64,000 bases of DNA, from NCBI GenBank assembly GCA_963777605.1, contig CAVZRV010000029.1, positions 384,001 through 448,000 on the forward strand. Reading direction: 5' to 3'. Shown here one piece after another: positions 21,144 through 31,163 of the stretch; positions within the stretch are counted from its first letter, which is position 1, and each line of letters opens with the position of its first letter. Below the pieces are notes generated by a model that saw nothing but the letters and a program-made list of their open reading frames with translations, was not told where the DNA came from and did not search any database. Made by a program: the position numbers and the translations under genes. This DNA is from an uncultured Acidobacteriota bacterium. Its GTDB lineage: Bacteria > Acidobacteriota > UBA6911 > RPQK01 > JAPXNP01.

Positions 21144-21280
21144 GTCTCCCCTCCATCAGAAAACCGGCTTTCCCTGCCAGCATCCCACAGAACGACGGGT
21201 TCCGGCAATCGGTCGAGATTGAGTCCCAACGGAAAATTCGGCCGCCCGCAATCGCAGGAGCTTCTCTACCGGTTCCGGTC

Positions 21281-23329
21281 TCATGGTTTATCGACTTCAA
21301 ACTCACTCTCAACTATGGCCGGAGTGTTTTCAGTGTCGATTTCGACTTTGAGCTGGTAGCGTCCGGGTTCGAGTCCGGAGAGGCCGGTCTTCCCGCTGTA
21401 CTCGAGCAGCTCTTTCGATGGGTTGGGCTTTAGCGGAAGCCAGGGCCCGGTCGAGATAACGCGCGAGCCGGCCGCCAGGAGAAAGACGCGGAATCGTTCC
21501 GGAGGCTGCCGGCGTGAGTCAACCAGAACCTTGCCGTGGAAATAGAGCGTCTCCGAAGACCGGAAACGGGGTGGAATCCGGGGGATCATGAGCCGGCCAC
21601 CGACTTCGAGAGGGTTGGAAAGCAGAGTCGTAATCCGGCCGGTCTTGATTCGGAAAGACTCGGGGGCTTCTGCGACCTGGGTTCGCTCTGCGAGGACCAG
21701 TGAACTCAGCCTGACGCCGCCGGAGGCTTCGAGTATCGGGAGGGAGGTCACCGCCGAACTGGCGTGGCCACGCCGGTTGTCACGGACATAGGCCCGAATC
21801 TGGTAATCCCCCTGGGGAACCTGGAGAACGTTCTGGTAGAGGAAGAGGGGACGGGAATCGTTCCTTCGCGGCCGGATTTCGACCTGGTCCCGGATCCCGG
21901 CGGTCACCTCGCCCTGGTTCCTCGCCGCCAGGATAACTACCTCGAGGTCGAGACGGTCGGAGTCGGCCAGTTTTGCGAGTTCGGAGTAGTCGAATGTCAG
22001 GACGACCGAGGCCAGGTAGGTTCCGTCTCCCTGCGGGAAGTACTCCGACGAGATCCCAAGTCCGAAGTCGGAAGGACGTTCGTCATCCAGGACGATGTGC
22101 TGCAGCGACTGCTCTCTCTCGGTCGAGGAGAGAGCGATGAAAGGCTTGTCGGCGTAGTAGCCCTTTCGGAAACTGAGGCGCAACCCGGGCTTGTCGGCGC
22201 GAACCTCGATCCGGCGAAAGCGGCCGTCGTGAGGGATTTGAGTGACCTGGTAACCGATCAGGTAATAGTGGCTGGCATCTTCCTGGGCGATTCGAAAGAT
22301 CTTTCCAAGATCGTTGTCGTCGAGGAGGGCGTAACCGCCCGTGTCGGCCGCAAGAGTGACCAGGCCTTCCTGGCTTTGCGCCAGCGAACTGAGTTGGCCG
22401 AGTGAGGCTCTACCGTTGAAGATCGAAGTTCCGGATCCGCCTCTCCCGGTTGCCCCGCCACCGGGAGAGAGCGCCACCAGGCCCCGGCTGTCGATCGTGT
22501 AAAGGCTGGTGTTGTTCCGGTTTGCGAAATCGGTGGTCACTCGCATCTCGTCGGTGTTCTCCACGGCGTCGGCTGTCAGTCCGGGAGTGAAGTAGAGAAT
22601 GGCCTTGCGGCCGGGAACGTCCTGAAAGGCCTCCGCGATCGACTGGATGGCAGAAAGCTGCTGGTTCGTCTCGAAGAGTGAAAGTTCAGTCAGATCGGCG
22701 ATGAACTCTCCCGACGTGTCGTCCGCGGACGAACTGTCGAGCTCGGCACTTGCTTCTCCGAGAGAGTTTACTGCCGCCAGCAGGTCGTCCCGTCGGGAAG
22801 TCAGGTCGCACAGCAGGTAGAGCCCCTGGTCGAAAACGGCCACCGCAGCAGCGTCTTCCGGAGTGATCCCGGCTTGGAGGAACTTGCGAGCCGACTCCTG
22901 CACGAAATGGATGTCCTGTGGGTCCATCGAACTGAGGTTGAAGAACAGGATCAGGACGCGCTTCTCACCCGGTTCGGGTGTTTCCCGGGTCGCCCCGGAA
23001 GCAGGAGGCGATTCAGCCCGAGGAGAACGAGTTGGCTCCACGGGATTGGGTGCCACTGGGGACGACTCTGAAATCGCGACCGACGAGGCGTCGGGCGGCA
23101 GCGGGATGGAGATCTCCCGGAAGTAGGTAATGGCTTGGGGAACCCCTTCTTCAAAGACGGTGAAGTCTCCGGCAGTCAGCCCTTTCACCGGCTTTCCGTC
23201 CGAGTCGAGTACACGCACGTCCACCAGCACGATGTTGGCGGACGACGTGAAACGTGGTTCCTCCTGGGCGAGGACAGGCTCGGCCGGGAGAAGAGTCAGA
23301 AGCAGAAAAGCGATCAGGCGTCGAGTCAT
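21281..23329 (-). CDS. Secreted acidobacterial-type VWA domain protein
   Basis: Signal peptide; VLVDVRVLD..GKPVKGLT..DF.VFEEG, GRKAILYF, LAADTGG, YYLIGY and DGRFRRIEV motifs. Confidence 0.85.
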   Translation of the reverse strand: MTRRLIAFLLLTLLPAEPVLAQEEPRFTSSANIVLVDVRVLDSDGKPVKGLTAGDFTVFEEGVPQAITYFREISIPLPPDASSVAISESSPVAPNPVEPTRSPRAESPPASGATRETPEPGEKRVLILFFNLSSMDPQDIHFVQESARKFLQAGITPEDAAAVAVFDQGLYLLCDLTSRRDDLLAAVNSLGEASAELDSSSADDTSGEFIADLTELSLFETNQQLSAIQSIAEAFQDVPGRKAILYFTPGLTADAVENTDEMRVTTDFANRNNTSLYTIDSRGLVALSPGGGATGRGGSGTSIFNGRASLGQLSSLAQSQEGLVTLAADTGGYALLDDNDLGKIFRIAQEDASHYYLIGYQVTQIPHDGRFRRIEVRADKPGLRLSFRKGYYADKPFIALSSTEREQSLQHIVLDDERPSDFGLGISSEYFPQGDGTYLASVVLTFDYSELAKLADSDRLDLEVVILAARNQGEVTAGIRDQVEIRPRRNDSRPLFLYQNVLQVPQGDYQIRAYVRDNRRGHASSAVTSLPILEASGGVRLSSLVLAERTQVAEAPESFRIKTGRITTLLSNPLEVGGRLMIPRIPPRFRSSETLYFHGKVLVDSRRQPPERFRVFLLAAGSRVISTGPWLPLKPNPSKELLEYSGKTGLSGLEPGRYQLKVEIDTENTPAIVESEFEVDKP

Positions 23330-23343
23330 TGCAGTCTGTGTCT

Positions 23344-26300
23344 CTAGAACGAGAGGCGAACCTCCATTTGAACGCTCCGCATCATGCCGGCCGAGGTGAC
23401 CTGTCCAAATCCACGGCTGTTGACGACGGTGTCAATCGACGTGTAGTTGACGTGGTTGAGCACGTTCTGGGAGCGCACCGACAGCAGTAGCCGGCGACCG
23501 TTCTCGTCCAGGCGGATGCTGCGATGGATCGAGAGATCGACAGTCCAGGCTCCGGGGCCGGTAATGGTGTTTCTTCCCGCATCTCCAAAGGTTCCCGGCT
23601 CAGGAAGGCTGAAAGCGGCCGTGTTAAACCACATTGCCGTGGTTCGCTCGTTTCCGGAAAGGTCCGGCGAGATGCCGGCGGCATTCGCCCGCTCGCTGCT
23701 GAACGAGCCTGTACCGCTGTTATTGACCTGGTTGCCGAGAATGCGGGCCGTATAGGGACGGCCGGTATTGGCACTGAAGGTCCAGCTCAGGTACCAGTCC
23801 TTCATCAGAATGTTGAATAGGCCCGGGTCCCGGAGCCAGCGGTGGCGGTCTCCGAAGGGGAGTTCCCAGATGCTCTTCAGGCTGAACTGGTGGCGCACGT
23901 CAAAGCTCGAAAGGCCCTTCTCGGACGCGAGGTTGCTGTCATTCTGGGGAACAGTCCGTCCCTGGCCTCCAATCGTGGAAGCGTTGTCGAGCGACTTGCC
24001 CAGGAGGTACTGGGCTGAGAAGGAGAATCCGGCCTGCATCCGCCGCATTACCAGCAACTGCATCCCGTGGAATGTCGAGGAGGCACCGGGTGTCAGGAAG
24101 AGGAACTGGGCGGCATCGGGAATGAGCAGCCCGGCGGCGGTCAACCGGTTGGGCGCGCGCAGCAGTTCGAGGCCGGTGCCGCGGGAGCCCACGTAACCAA
24201 GGCTGGTAAACAGTCCCGCAGGCAGAGCCTGTTGAATGGACAGTCCCCAGTTCTGAACCGTCTGGAGTCGATAGTTAGGATCGACGGCATACGTATTGGC
24301 GGCAACGGGCACAACCCCGGTCGCAAAGGCATCGGTCAGCGGGAGGAAATTCTGTCCCTCTGCCGTCGCCTGAACTGTGTAGCCGAACGGGGGCTGGGCG
24401 ACAAGTTCACGGGCAAAGCTCGAATAGGCCTCTCCGGGGTAAAAGACGCCGTATTCGGCACGGAGGATAGCTGCGCGCCGCCCTGATTTCAGTCGAAAAG
24501 CCAGGCCAAGTCGGGGGGCGAGGTTGTTCTTGTCACTATTGACCATCCCGCGCGGGTAACTGGCCAGGTCCAGGCCAGAGGAGCCCGGTACGACTGTTGC
24601 GGCGCTCGAGAAGCCCGGGCCGATGTCCAGGTTCGAGATGCGGTCGTACTTCTCCACGTATGGGCTTACGAAGTCGTAGCGGATTCCCCACTGGAGCGTG
24701 AAACGGGAGTGGGCTCTCCAGTTATCGTTCAGGAAGAGTGAGAATTGGCGTCCCCGGAGGTAGTGATCGGGATTTCCATACTGTATCTGGCTGCTCTGGG
24801 CCCACCCGAGGAGTAAATCGGAGAGGTCGTAACCGGTTCCCGGCAGTATCTGCCCCGACTCGTCGTAACGGCTGGTGGCGATCCCTGCCAGGTTCAGACT
24901 TCCGGACCCGTTCGGGCTCCCCAGGAGGTTGTACCGCAGCCAGCTGTAGTCGAATCCGACCCGCATGAAATGGCTGTTCCAGACCACCATCCAGGAGTCA
25001 TTGATCGATGTCGTTTCCCGAACGTTGATCGAAGAACTGCCGTCATTCAGTCCGGTGTAGTTGGTGAAGCTCAGCGACGGCAGCCCGTAGTCTATCGGGG
25101 ACGGAGAGGTGCGGGCGAATCCGAGTTCCGCCGAGACGTCATTTTGAAATGCGAAAGGGTTCAGGCTCCGGCTGTCATTGCGGTTGTATCGAATGCGGGT
25201 GTTGTGGATGAGCCCGGGGCGAATCGGGGTGTTCAGAGACAGGTTGACGTTGTGACCATTCCCCTTCCGGTCGCTGGAAAGTGACGGGAAGACATTGAAC
25301 CCGTCCGACGCGCTCTGACTGTAACTGTAGCCGGTGCTCAGGTGCCAGTTTCCGGCGATCGGAAAGCTGACCTGGGTGTTCAGCCGGTCGGAGTGATTGC
25401 CCAACGACTGCTGGCTGAAGTAGTTGAGGTAAGAATCGGTCCGGTTCGGGTCGGGAAAGTAACTCAGCAGCCCGAGCGCGGCGGAGTTTATCTGATCCGT
25501 CGGGATCTTTCCGCCGGCGTACGCTTCCCCGGTGGCCGGATTGAAGATCTGGACGGCTTGTCCGGCGAGTGGTCCGGACTGGTAAACCGTCTCGGAAAAA
25601 TCACCCTGGCGTTCGAGCAGCGTAGGGACCGAGGCAAAAGCGGAATTCAGTTGATTTCCCCGTGATGTGTCGAAATTGACGAAGAACTGGCCTCGCCTCC
25701 GGTAGACGTTCGCACCCTGCCCGGGCAAGGGGCCTCCTAAAGACACGCCGGCATTCCACTTTTGGTAACTCGGGGACTGGCTGTCTTCTCCGGTCAACGA
25801 ATAGGGACGGGCATCGAGCGCCGATCCGGAGTACCCCGCCTGAAGGCTCCCCTGGATACGGTTGGCCCGGGAACCCCCGAACGCCATCCGTCGCCCTCCT
25901 CCGAAGCGACCGGGACCCGGTCCCCCCGGGCCGCCCGGACCCTCGGGTCCGCCACCATCGGGACCGCCCATCCCCCGTTCCAGCCCGAGGATGTCGCGCA
26001 ATACGTCACGGTCGTCGCCTTCCCTGCTGGAACGTTCCTTGGATGCACCCTGGATGAATACCACTTCATCCAGCGAGGTCGTGGATTCGTCGCCGCCCGA
26101 ACTTGCGGGCCGGTTGGGGAGCAGGGATATCTCCTCGAAGGGATCGCTGGAGGCGGTCGGCTGGGCTCCGGTGCCGCGCGGCGGGAATCCGGGTCGGGGC
26201 ACAGGTTCCAGGTTCGAGTCGAAGAATCCTGGTTCGAACTTCAAGGCGAACTGATAGTCGGAGTAAGTCCGGTCGAATTCAAACGAGGTCTCCGTCATTC

Positions 26301-27040
26301 CGGGGCCCATGTCGGGTCCCATCATTCCCCCGGGCATTCCGCCGGGACGTCCACCCATCGCGGTTTTCATCCGGATTGACATCCGATTTGGCAGTGTGAC
26401 CTCGTGATTGGGCGCCGCTTCGAACTGGATCGAGAAAGCTGCGTTGTCGGCAAAGAAGCCGAGACTGAACTCCCCTTCCATGTGGTCGGGAAGTCCCGAC
26501 TTGCGGTCCACCCAGAGATAGACCTTGCCGAAGCGCAACCGGTCTGCCTGCGGGATAGACCCTGAGTCGGGCGAGTCCTGGTGATTCATTGCCCCCGCTC
26601 GATTCCGCCGGTTCGATCTTGCCGATGGACGAAAGCAGGGTCGCCGGTTCGAGGGGATCGAGCATGCGGGTAAACCGCATCCCGAATCCCCGCCCACGAG
26701 GGCCCTCCGGGGGGCCGCCCGGCTGCGCCATCGCAGCCTCGGGGCTGGAACCGGAGAGGGTGTCGCGCCGGATCTGCCCAGGATTTCCGAAGTAGACCCG
26801 TTCTTCGGACTGGAGGACCTGGCTTCCCCGGTCGCCTGAGATCCGGGTCCGGGACGTGACCTCCACCGAAGCGTTCGTCAATCTCTGGATCTGGTTCTTG
26901 ATGGCAGCAGAGGTCATTGAGACCAGGTTCTCGTCCGTGGGGTTCGGGCTGCCAAAGAGCGTGGCTGTGATGAGAAGCCAGGTCCCCAGGGTCGGTGACA
27001 TCCGGTTCCTCAGGATGAACCGCAGAATTTGCCTGTTCAT
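23344..27040 (-). CDS. Large outer-membrane Oar/TonB-receptor-like beta-barrel with atypical N-terminal domain; one frameshift near 26553
   Basis: ALDARPYSL, ERQGDFS, DKNNLAPRLG and FGDAGRNTITGPG motifs; C-terminal RLSF. The signal-bearing N-terminus is in another frame (ATG 27040 with GGAG). Length 3697 nt = 3n+1. Confidence 0.75.
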
Positions 27041-27199
27041 AGGGGTCTCCGGATCAGGTTCGCCGGTTGCTCGAATAATCTTGGTGCCGGGGTGGCTCTT
27101 CAGATTCGAGCCCCGCGACATCCCGCGTCCGTCCGATGAGTTAAAGCGCCGGCGGGAACCGAGTGCGAATCCCCGCCGGACTGCTGTTGCCGGATTGGC

Positions 27200-27640
27200 C
27201 TACTGCGGTGGGCCCCCCGGATTTTGGCCAGGACGGCCGCGCATTCCCCTCATCTGGTGCATGCGCTGGGTCCTGAGGTCCTGGTACTGCTTGAGCTGGT
27301 CCGCACTCAGAACTTCCGCCAGTTTTTTGTCGGTGTCCTGGGTCATCTTTTCCATCGTGGCCCTGCGCTGATCGCGGCTGGCCTCGGTTCGGTCCTGAGA
27401 CCGGAACCGCTCACGTGCTTTCATCATCTGGCTCCGGCTTTCTTCCAGGATCGGTTTCATTTTCGTGACCTGTTCATCAGTCAGGTTCAGGTCTTTCGTC
27501 AGAGTTGCGAGTTCGTCGTCGACGCTCATTGGTGCTTGCCTCTGCCTGGGAGGGCCCTGCCCGAACAGGGCGGGTGCCGACATCAAAGCAACGAGCAGGA
27601 AGGCGATTGGTATGCTGAAAACGGTTAAACGACTTCGCAT
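27200..27640 (-). CDS. Secreted Spy/CpxP-like (LTxxQ repeat) helical protein
   Basis: Signal peptide, LNLTDEQ and VLSADQ repeats, strong RBS AAAGGAG before ATG 27640. Confidence 0.75.
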   Translation of the reverse strand: MRSRLTVFSIPIAFLLVALMSAPALFGQGPPRQRQAPMSVDDELATLTKDLNLTDEQVTKMKPILEESRSQMMKARERFRSQDRTEASRDQRRATMEKMTQDTDKKLAEVLSADQLKQYQDLRTQRMHQMRGMRGRPGQNPGGPPQ

Positions 27641-27737
27641 AGTAAGGTTTCTCCTTTGTACGGTTTTCTTTGCAATCCACCCGAAGCCGGCGACTCCGAG
27701 AGGGGAATCTTGGGACTTGGGCGCTGCTAACAATGAA

Positions 27738-27764
27738 TACGCCAATCAAGCTCCGGGAATTACG
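27738..27764 (-). promoter_or_regulatory. Possible ECF-sigma promoter for the Spy-like gene
   Basis: Minus strand reads cGTAAT-N17-CGTA, resembling ECF (TG(T/A)AAC..CGT) promoters. Confidence 0.35.
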
Positions 27765-27904
27765 TAAAGTTTTGTTCTCCTGAGTCTGAATGTCAGTGGG
27801 CGCCAGGAATCAGACCTTCTTCCTGACAAGTCTTTACACGACAGAAGGACGTCGGAAAGGTGCCGAAACCCCTTCGACTGGGGTACCATCCTTAGACATT
27901 GAAC

Positions 27905-29821
27905 ATGAATTTCTCCAAATCGCTCGTGATTGCATGTGTGGCCCTGTTCGCTTCGGGCTGGGTCGTGGCTCAAAATGTGGTCAGTTTCCGGATCGTGGAC
28001 CCCCCTTCCGTGGTTCACGCAGGAGACCTTTTCGATATCGTGGTCCGGGCCGAGATCGAGCCGGGCTGGCATCTCTACTCGATGACCGTCCCTGACGGCG
28101 GTCCCGTCGCGACGACCATTACCGTTGAAGAGACCGATGCTTTCAAGACTGGAGGTCCTCCAGTTGAGCCGCCGCCGATTCCGTGGTTCGATCAGAACTT
28201 CGGCATGGAGACGAACTACTTCGAGTCTTTTGCCGAATTCAGCGTCCCGATTTCGGTCAAGGCAACCGCACCTGCCGGAAGCCAGACTCTGGCCATCAAA
28301 GTCCGGTTCATGGTCTGCAATGACACCTCATGTCTGCCGCCTCAAACCAAGACCCTTTCCACCGAAATGGAAGTTCAGGGTGGAGCTCCGGCTTCCGCTG
28401 GTGCGGGTTCGGCTGTTGTAGCACCCGGGACAGCGAAGCCGGCCGAGGTGAAATCTGCCGGGACAGGCGCGACCCAGGAGGCCAACGGTCTCCCGGCAGG
28501 CACGCTGGCCTACATCTGGTTCGCGATGTCCATGGGGGCGCTCGCGTTGCTGACCCCTTGCGTCTTCCCGATGATTCCGATCACGGTCTCCTACTTCACC
28601 AAGCGGGATGCCAAGAGCCGGGGCCGAGCGGTGTTCGAAGCCGGGCTCTACTCGCTCGGCATCATCGCTACTTTTACGTTTCTAGGCTTCCTCCTGACCT
28701 TCCTGTTCGGGGCGGGAGGGATCAACCGCCTGGCGGCCAACCCGGCGGTCAACTTTCTAATAGCGGCGGTTTTCATCGTATTTGCACTGAGCCTTTTCGG
28801 GGTGCTGGAGATCGGGCTTCCAAGCAGCTGGTTGAGTGCGATCAGCAAGAAGTCCACGCAGTCCACGGGGTTGTTGGGGATCCTCCTGATGGCACTGACT
28901 TTCTCCCTGACCAGCTTCACGTGCACGGTCCCGTTCGTGGGCACGGTCATGGTGGCGGCACTCCAGGGCGATTTCCTCTGGTCTCTGCTCGGCGTCACGG
29001 CCTTCGCTGCCGTCTTCTCGTTGCCCTTTTTCCTGCTGGCCCTGTTTCCCTCCTGGCTGCAATCTCTGCCCAAGAGCGGGAACTGGATGAACTCAGTCAA
29101 GATCACGATGGGTTTCCTGGAACTGGCGGCGGCGATGAAGTTCCTTTCCAACGTTGACCTCGTCTTTCAGTGGCAAATCCTGACCCGCCCGGTTTTCATC
29201 ACGATTTGGCTGGCGATCGGGCTGGTGACGACCGTCTATTTGCTGGGCTGGTTTCGCTTTGCCCACGAAGGGCCCAGCGATTCGCTCGGCGCTCTCCGTG
29301 TCCTCTTCGCCATTTTTTTCCTGGCGGTTTCGCTTTTCCTGTTTCGGGGGCTCTTTGGCTTTAATCTGGGCGAACTGGATGCTTTCCTTCCTCCCCGGGA
29401 TTATGGAGTCAGCGAACCTGTTGACTTCACGTCCCGGTGGGGAGGCCGGGAGGCCGGGCGGGGCGAGCAGTGGCTTTCCGACTACGATGAGGCGCTCCGG
29501 AAGGCGGCTGCCGAAGGAAAGCCCGTTTTTGTTGATTTCACGGGTTACACTTGCACCAACTGCCGCTGGATGGAAGCCAACATCTTCACCTTGCCTGAGG
29601 TTCAGAAGCTGTTCGACCGCTACGTCCTGGTCCGGCTGTACACCGACGGCACCAAACCGGAGCACGACCGAAACCGTCGCATGGAGGAAGAGCGCTTCTC
29701 GACCATTGCACTGCCTTTTTACGCGTTGATTTCTCCAGATGACAAGACAATCGCGAGCTTTCCCGGTCTGACCCGGGACAAGGCGGAGTTTGTCCGGTTT
29801 CTCGAATCCGGGCTGAGCTGA
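27905..29821 (+). CDS. dsbD: Thiol:disulfide interchange protein DsbD
   Basis: N-domain WHLYS and VCNDTSCLPP; TM domain TPCVFPMIP and FTCT; thioredoxin domain DFTGYTCTNCRW. Confidence 0.9.
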   Translation: MNFSKSLVIACVALFASGWVVAQNVVSFRIVDPPSVVHAGDLFDIVVRAEIEPGWHLYSMTVPDGGPVATTITVEETDAFKTGGPPVEPPPIPWFDQNFGMETNYFESFAEFSVPISVKATAPAGSQTLAIKVRFMVCNDTSCLPPQTKTLSTEMEVQGGAPASAGAGSAVVAPGTAKPAEVKSAGTGATQEANGLPAGTLAYIWFAMSMGALALLTPCVFPMIPITVSYFTKRDAKSRGRAVFEAGLYSLGIIATFTFLGFLLTFLFGAGGINRLAANPAVNFLIAAVFIVFALSLFGVLEIGLPSSWLSAISKKSTQSTGLLGILLMALTFSLTSFTCTVPFVGTVMVAALQGDFLWSLLGVTAFAAVFSLPFFLLALFPSWLQSLPKSGNWMNSVKITMGFLELAAAMKFLSNVDLVFQWQILTRPVFITIWLAIGLVTTVYLLGWFRFAHEGPSDSLGALRVLFAIFFLAVSLFLFRGLFGFNLGELDAFLPPRDYGVSEPVDFTSRWGGREAGRGEQWLSDYDEALRKAAAEGKPVFVDFTGYTCTNCRWMEANIFTLPEVQKLFDRYVLVRLYTDGTKPEHDRNRRMEEERFSTIALPFYALISPDDKTIASFPGLTRDKAEFVRFLESGLS

Positions 29822-29823
29822 GA

Positions 29824-30120
29824 CTATTCCGGAGTGTTCACTATGATGTCGCCGGGCTTGGCTAGTTGATAGTGTTCGCGGGCGATTCGTTCGATCTCGT
29901 GAGGATCGGTCTTGAGTTTATTGATCCGCTCCATCATGGCCTTCTGGCTTTGCCGGAGACGGGTGTTTTCGGCCTGCAGGCGAGAAAGCTCCGTCCGGGC
30001 CTCCCTCAACTTCATGTAGCCGCCGTGGCCCAAGATCATGTAGAAGGAAAACCCGATCACCGTCAAAATGACGATTCCAAGAAAGAGATCCTTCTTTGCT
30101 TTTCGGCTGATCCCCATCAC
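29824..30120 (-). CDS. ftsB: Septum formation initiator FtsB/DivIC family
   Basis: Single TM, GxxG, coiled coil, IERIARE..LAKPGD. Confidence 0.8.
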   Translation of the reverse strand: MMGISRKAKKDLFLGIVILTVIGFSFYMILGHGGYMKLREARTELSRLQAENTRLRQSQKAMMERINKLKTDPHEIERIAREHYQLAKPGDIIVNTPE

Positions 30121-30127
30121 TAAAAGG

Positions 30128-30136
30128 AGTTTAGCA
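30128..30136 (-). promoter_or_regulatory. Extended -10 element (TGcTAAACT), likely leaderless promoter of ftsB
   Basis: Lies 7 nt upstream of GTG 30120. No SD on that strand. Confidence 0.55.
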
Positions 30137-30459
30137 TGCCGGAGTTGAGAATTGTCCTGACTACCGTTGACTCGCCCGAAAATGCTCGCAAACTGGCTTT
30201 GACGCTGGTCAAGGAACGGTTAGCCGCGTGTGTGAGCATCTTCCCCCGCATCGATTCCGTTTATCGCTGGAACGACCAGATCCAGGAAGAGCAGGAATCG
30301 CAACTCATTATAAAGACGGCTGCTGACAGGGTTGATGCCCTGATTTCAGGGTTGCGCAAGATCCATCCGTACGAAGTTCCCGAGATTCTGCTTTTGCCCG
30401 TGGTTGGAGGACTGGAAGATTACTTCTCCTGGGTTGTCCAGGAGACTCGCGTTTCCTGA
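30136..30459 (+). CDS. cutA: Divalent-cation tolerance protein CutA
   Basis: LVKERLAACV, SVYRW, IIKT and HPYEVPEI motifs. RBS AAGGAG. Confidence 0.93.
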   Translation: MPELRIVLTTVDSPENARKLALTLVKERLAACVSIFPRIDSVYRWNDQIQEEQESQLIIKTAADRVDALISGLRKIHPYEVPEILLLPVVGGLEDYFSWVVQETRVS

Positions 30460-30515
30460 TCCAGTGCCCGCAGGAACGGTCGCGCAGGTTCAAGCCTGGG
30501 ACGGGCACCGATGGA

Positions 30516-31112
30516 TCAACGCTCGTCACAGGTAGAAGCCATTGCGCGCAAGCGTCGTCCCTGGACCCGATCCGAGATCTGGGAGCAGATCTCCCCGATG
30601 ACGTCGGCCGCGATGCGGGTTTCCTGCCTGCCGAGGTTGGCGACGATGGGTAGGATCTGGGCTTCCAGGAACTCCCGATATTGTTGAATGAGCCGTTCGC
30701 CTTTGGCCGTCGAACGAACGATAATGCTGCGCCGGTCAAGGGGATCGATCTCCCTCTTGAGGTAGTGGCGGTCTTCCAGCCGGTCGACGATCCTGGAGAT
30801 GCAGCTGTTGCTCAGGCCAAGGCGTCGAATGAGATGTTTAATGGATATTTCGCGATCCTGAGCAAACTCGCTCAAGCACCGGAGGTCGCTTAGTCGCAGG
30901 TGTCGCGCTCGCGCAAATTCGAATTCGAGCAGTCGGTAGAAACCCGCTTGATAACTCAAGTGCCGAACCAGGCAAACGCCGGGGTCGCTCTCGTCCCTCG
31001 TCGTCACGATGTAGGATAACAGCACGATCTGTTCCACCAGGAATTCACGCTGGTCTCCGGATTCAAGTACCCGCAATATAAGGAAAGAAGTCAATAAAGC
31101 GTTATTCGGCAA
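30516..31112 (-). CDS. MarR family transcriptional regulator (true start probably downstream of 31112)
   Basis: wHTH: LGLSNSCISRIVDRLE..Y.KRE.DP.DRRS....T.KG. Confidence 0.75.
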   Translation of the reverse strand: MPNNALLTSFLILRVLESGDQREFLVEQIVLLSYIVTTRDESDPGVCLVRHLSYQAGFYRLLEFEFARARHLRLSDLRCLSEFAQDREISIKHLIRRLGLSNSCISRIVDRLEDRHYLKREIDPLDRRSIIVRSTAKGERLIQQYREFLEAQILPIVANLGRQETRIAADVIGEICSQISDRVQGRRLRAMASTCDER

Positions 31113-31163
31113 CTTTCGATATCTGTAAAGGAAGTCAACGGGCTGTCGAGAAATTCAACGGGC

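Noticed and set aside
25880-26360. GC-rich repeats in the barrel gene as a DNA repeat element
   Set aside because: They encode Gly/Pro/Met low-complexity linkers (GPGGPGGPGPG, GGMPGGMMGP) and are explained by the protein.
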